This document shows positions 29,133 through 32,000 of a DNA stretch of 32,000 nt, piece by piece. The notes beneath the pieces are model-generated. The model saw only the letters and a list, made by a program, of their open reading frames with translations. It did not search any database and was not told where the DNA came from. The number at the start of each line of letters is the position of its first letter. The first letter of the stretch is position 1. Source of the stretch: Coprobacillaceae bacterium (GTDB lineage: Bacteria > Bacillota_I > Bacilli_A > Erysipelotrichales > Coprobacillaceae); contig OY776328.1 in NCBI GenBank assembly GCA_963675515.1, positions 810,001 to 842,000 on the forward strand. The letters run 5' to 3'. The position numbers were made by a program, and so were the translations under genes.

Positions 29133-30327
29133 ACAAAACACCCGTACAATACAGGTTGTCCTTATAAAAATTGTCTAAAAAAGTGTTGACTTTCCAACCC
29201 AAAAGCTGGGCAATCATTGTAACCGGAACACCGTTGATAATCAATTGAGTCCCAAACATCCGCCTAATAGAGTGGAAAGTGTTCCCGGTTTTAAGGGATG
29301 GTTCAATTCCAGCCTTTAATAGATACCTTCTAAAAAAAGAAGCGATAGAACAGCCGTCTTTAAGCCCCGTAAAAGGAGCTATGGATCTTATAAAAATACT
29401 ATTATCATCTGTTTTGGGTCTTCCATTTAGAATGTAGTCCGCAATTGCATTACAGACACTCTCAGTTAATGGCACTGATATGGGACTATTTGTTTTCCCC
29501 TGAACTATATTTAATTTGCGTTTTTTCCAATCAATATCTTCAAGCTGAATCCGTACTATATCTCCAGCTCTTAGCCCTGTCATTGCACCCAATATTATAA
29601 TCGCATAATTTCTTTTTCCGGTAGGTGTCTCCCTATCAATTGAATTTAAAATTCCTACAAGATCAATCATATCTATCGGCGGATATAATGCCCTGTCTCG
29701 TATTTTACCAAAGGAAACGATGGAGCTTATATCAAAATCAATCTTTTTATTTCTGTACAAATTAACTAAATATTTTTTCAAACAAGTGAGTATTCTATCC
29801 ATGGATTTTGGGTTATCCTTAGAGATGATTTTAATAAATTCCACTATATCGCTAGTACTTATTAATTTCGGTTGCAAAATATCATGATTGTTTAGAAAAT
29901 TTGAAAATAAATATAGGATTCGCTCTTCAAATTGAAGGGTCCTAATAGATACATCTCTATTTTTCAAATATTCTTTTATTGTCATTTTGAACCCTGATGA
30001 TATAGGGATTTCATCCTTAAATGTGAAAACTTTCCACTTGAAGGAACCGAAATCATTAAGTTCGGTGATCATTAAGACGCCACGCACTCTTTTATTATAG
30101 GTGGTCCTACTAATAATTTTGTTTTGAAGTTGCGAAAGATAGAGCTTTAGCAGTGAATCCATAATTTCTTGACTATAGTTGATTTGGTTTAAGTCAGAAT
30201 ATCTTTTCAAAATGGGGTTAAAGTAGCTGGATTCGTAGGCCTGAATGGTAAGTTCATTATAGCCTTGAGACTTCAGGTTATTTAAAGCAAGCTGAACTAA
30301 TTCGTCGATACTATTCAAATTTTTCAT
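29131..30327 (-). CDS. ritA: tyrosine recombinase, first gene of the RIT trio; its stop codon is created at the IS junction
   Basis: 398 aa. Catalytic residues: TGLRAGD (Arg), FHSIRRMF (His-x-x-Arg) and LLGWKVNTFLDNFY (Trp in place of the second His, then Tyr). In the TAA stop, the T comes from RIT DNA and the AA from the first two bases of the IS1634-like inverted repeat. Confidence 0.85.
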   Translation of the reverse strand: MKNLNSIDELVQLALNNLKSQGYNELTIQAYESSYFNPILKRYSDLNQINYSQEIMDSLLKLYLSQLQNKIISRTTYNKRVRGVLMITELNDFGSFKWKVFTFKDEIPISSGFKMTIKEYLKNRDVSIRTLQFEERILYLFSNFLNNHDILQPKLISTSDIVEFIKIISKDNPKSMDRILTCLKKYLVNLYRNKKIDFDISSIVSFGKIRDRALYPPIDMIDLVGILNSIDRETPTGKRNYAIIILGAMTGLRAGDIVRIQLEDIDWKKRKLNIVQGKTNSPISVPLTESVCNAIADYILNGRPKTDDNSIFIRSIAPFTGLKDGCSIASFFRRYLLKAGIEPSLKTGNTFHSIRRMFGTQLIINGVPVTMIAQLLGWKVNTFLDNFYKDNLYCTGVL

Positions 30328-30348
30328 TTCAAACTACCTCCTAACTAC

Positions 30349-30378
30349 ATTATAGACTGAAAATAAAATTATCCCGAC
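30349..30378 (-). promoter_or_regulatory. possible ritA promoter overlapping the innermost recombinase-binding motif
   Basis: On the minus strand, TATAAT (30354-30349) lies upstream of AGGAGG (30342-30337). The -35 position (30377-30372, TCGGGA) lies inside the motif GTCGGGATAA of the right inverted repeat. Confidence 0.4.
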
Positions 30379-30456
30379 TTTTAATAATACAAAAAGAGAC
30401 TATCCCTCAAAAATACATATTTGTCGGGATAATCCAAAAGTCGGTATAAGTGGTGT
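30369..30456. repeat. RIT right terminal inverted repeat (88 bp)
   Basis: It is the reverse complement of 24009-24096, identical at 84 of 88 positions. It ends ..GTCGGTATAAGTGGTGT. Confidence 0.95.
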
Positions 30457-30504
30457 GAGAGGTCGAAAATAAATAGGGAAACTATTTATTTTCTCCTACT
30501 CGAT
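30457..30504 (+). ncRNA. displaced group IIC intron domain VI and 3' splice site
   Basis: Removing 23991-30456 joins domain V (..GUACGGUGGU), GU and this segment. The fold is as follows:
- 30457-30459 pair with 30499-30501.
- A30498 is bulged.
- 30460-30462 pair with 30495-30497.
- A small internal loop follows.
- 30465-30476 pair with 30482-30493, closing a GGAAA loop.
A30498 is the 7th nucleotide from a ...GAU end at 30504. That matches the branch-point geometry and the terminal A-Y rule. Confidence 0.65.
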
Positions 30505-30511
30505 TTTATTA

Positions 30512-31354
30512 CTAGCGCGCTTCGATCAGTCCGAAATGCACGAAAGCGTTGTACAGTCCGTCATCATCAACGCCATCGGTAACATAATCGGCCATGGCCT
30601 TGATCCCGTCGCCGCCGCTGCCCATGGCGATTCCCACTTTGCAGTGTTCAAGCATGTCGATGTCGATATTGGCATCACCGAAGGCGAAGGTGTCTTCGAT
30701 CGATGCCCCCAGGTAGTCAAGCAGGTGGTTGATCGCATTGGCTTTGGTGATCCCTTTGACACCGAGGTCACCGAACAGGGCGATTTCTCCGGCCCCACCC
30801 CAGGTTCCCGGTTTTAGATCAGGGAATTCCTCGATTGAATCGAGATGGTCCTGATAGCTTTCCAGGATGAAACTCACCTTGTTGAGGTCGTCGCGGTAAA
30901 GCTCGCCACCATAGATCATTTCCGGATAGATGTCGTCGACCGTTATGGTTGAAGCATTTTCCTTGCCTTTGCGCCGTGAATATTCCTGCATCACCGGAGT
31001 TGCCCGTTCCTTGAAGTTTTTCGAAGCGAAAAGCCCGTTGTTGCTTTCCAGGTAGAACTCCAGCTTGCGCGAATCAAGCCAGTCTACTATATGTTTGCCT
31101 TGTTCCCTGGTGATCAGCTGGTGCATGACAACTGTGTCGTTGTCTTCGACATAGCTGCCGTTGCCCCCGATCATCCCGTCCAGTCCGATATCCCACAGGT
31201 AGGGATAAACCTCGGCTTTCGACCGGCCGGTGCAGATATACACCCGATGGCCTTTCTTTCTTGCTTCCTTGATTGCATAGTCCGCCGATTCAGGCAATTT
31301 GTTTTCATAGTTGACCAATGTCCCATCGACATCGATAAAGATAATTTTGTTCAT
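30512..31354 (-). CDS. Cof-type HAD-IIB family hydrolase
   Basis: 280 aa. HAD motifs: IFIDVDGTL, CTGRS and FGDANID. Confidence 0.85.
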   Translation of the reverse strand: MNKIIFIDVDGTLVNYENKLPESADYAIKEARKKGHRVYICTGRSKAEVYPYLWDIGLDGMIGGNGSYVEDNDTVVMHQLITREQGKHIVDWLDSRKLEFYLESNNGLFASKNFKERATPVMQEYSRRKGKENASTITVDDIYPEMIYGGELYRDDLNKVSFILESYQDHLDSIEEFPDLKPGTWGGAGEIALFGDLGVKGITKANAINHLLDYLGASIEDTFAFGDANIDIDMLEHCKVGIAMGSGGDGIKAMADYVTDGVDDDGLYNAFVHFGLIEAR

Positions 31355-31494
31355 GGCTTTCTCCTTTTTGTTTCCCTTATTTTATCAAATAAGCAGAAAT
31401 ATGAAAGGCAGCGGGGGAATGATGAAATAATTGTGGCAGAAATTGTCCGCAAAAAATGATTTTGTTGAAACAGGTGACCAGTTGCACTTACCGG

Positions 31495-32000
31495 TTATTT
31501 CTTGGCATAGCCGGTTGTGAAGTCGACTTCGTTTATCAGGGGCAGGTTGTTGAGGAGGTTATCGAGATTGCTTATGACCAGGTCCGTGAAGTACTGCTGG
31601 GTTGTGGGCCAGCGGTAGGAGCTGGACACATGGGGCGTGATGAATACCTTATCGTAGTCCCATAAGCCGTCATCATCGCTGAGCGGTTCGTTTTCAACCA
31701 CGTCGAGACATACACTGTGAAGTTTGCCGGAATCGAGGGTCTTTTTAAGGTCTTGAGTATTGACCGCCGAACCTCTGCCGATATTGATGAAACTCGCATT
31801 GTCTTTCATCAACTCGAAGCGATTGAAGTCGAACAGGTGGACGGTGGCAGGGGTGTGGGGCAGGCAGGAGATGATGAAGTCGCCTAAAGGCAGGACCTTG
31901 TCAATATCATCAATGGTATGCAGCTCGTCGACGTTTTCTGGAAGATTGTCCATGGTCCGCTTGATTCCGATTATCCTGCACCCGAAGGCTTTCAGCCTTT
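31495..32000 (-). CDS. D-isomer-specific 2-hydroxyacid dehydrogenase family protein, 5' part outside the window
   Basis: The frame stays open to base 32000 (..KAFGCRIIGIKRTMDNLPE..). The NAD-binding and catalytic region reads INIGRGS.V, LDVVENEPL and ITPHVSS. Confidence 0.8.
   Translation of the reverse strand, partial: RLKAFGCRIIGIKRTMDNLPENVDELHTIDDIDKVLPLGDFIISCLPHTPATVHLFDFNRFELMKDNASFINIGRGSAVNTQDLKKTLDSGKLHSVCLDVVENEPLSDDDGLWDYDKVFITPHVSSSYRWPTTQQYFTDLVISNLDNLLNNLPLINEVDFTTGYAKK

Larger units (their letters stand above)
23991..30456 (-). mobile_element. recombinase-in-trio (RIT) element carrying two nested IS elements
   Basis: Three tyrosine recombinase genes lie in one orientation: ritA 30327->29131, ritB 26090->25140 and ritC 25147->24098. 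ritB and ritC overlap by ATGACTGA. The 88 bp terminal inverted repeats match at 84 of 88 positions. The 7 bp direct repeat GTGGTGT lies at 23984-23990 and 30450-30456. The block is clearly AT-richer than the flanking genes. Confidence 0.85.

Noticed and set aside
30466-30492. The AT-only hairpin AAAATAAATAG-ggaaa-CTATTTATTTT, first read as the terminator of the HAD gene at 30512-31354.
   Set aside because: On the minus strand it lacks a U-tract beyond the stem and is all A/U. It fits better as the upper helix of the displaced intron domain VI. The acr3 hairpin can serve as a bidirectional terminator in the reconstructed empty site.

Overview
The window is a chromosomal segment from a low-GC Gram-positive (Firmicutes-like) genome. 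That placement is my guess from gene content and Shine-Dalgarno usage.

Housekeeping and accessory genes, in order:
- Distal part of a histidine operon: hisD (5' truncated by the window edge), hisB, hisH, hisA, hisF, hisIE and a PHP-type histidinol phosphatase.
- A small RepA_N-like protein plus a CDF metal exporter.
- An IS110-family insertion.
- Two tandem GH1 6-phospho-beta-glucosidases plus a ROK sugar kinase.
- A frameshifted RibD_C-family gene.
- An unusual operon, purK / archaeal-type PEP carboxylase / purE / OFA-family MFS transporter. It sits behind a leader of about 340 nt that ends in an intrinsic terminator.
- An orphan PTS IIB, an RpiR regulator and a Cof-type HAD hydrolase.
- A stand-alone ACR3 arsenite carrier.
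- At the right edge, a second Cof-type HAD hydrolase and a partial D-2-hydroxyacid dehydrogenase.

The most interesting region is 22.1-30.5 kb, a four-level nest of mobile elements:
1. A group IIC intron sits immediately after the ACR3 terminator.
2. The intron is split between domain V and domain VI by a 6.47 kb recombinase-in-trio (RIT) element. The RIT element has three tyrosine recombinases and 88 bp terminal inverted repeats.
3. The 3' end of ritA is interrupted by an IS3-family element.
4. That IS3 element is in turn truncated by an IS1634-family element.

The RIT junctions carry a 7 bp direct repeat, GTGGTGT. Joining the two ends gives a 9-6-9 core-type recombination site, so the att site and crossover region can be read directly from the sequence.

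I saw no rRNA, tRNA or CRISPR array.
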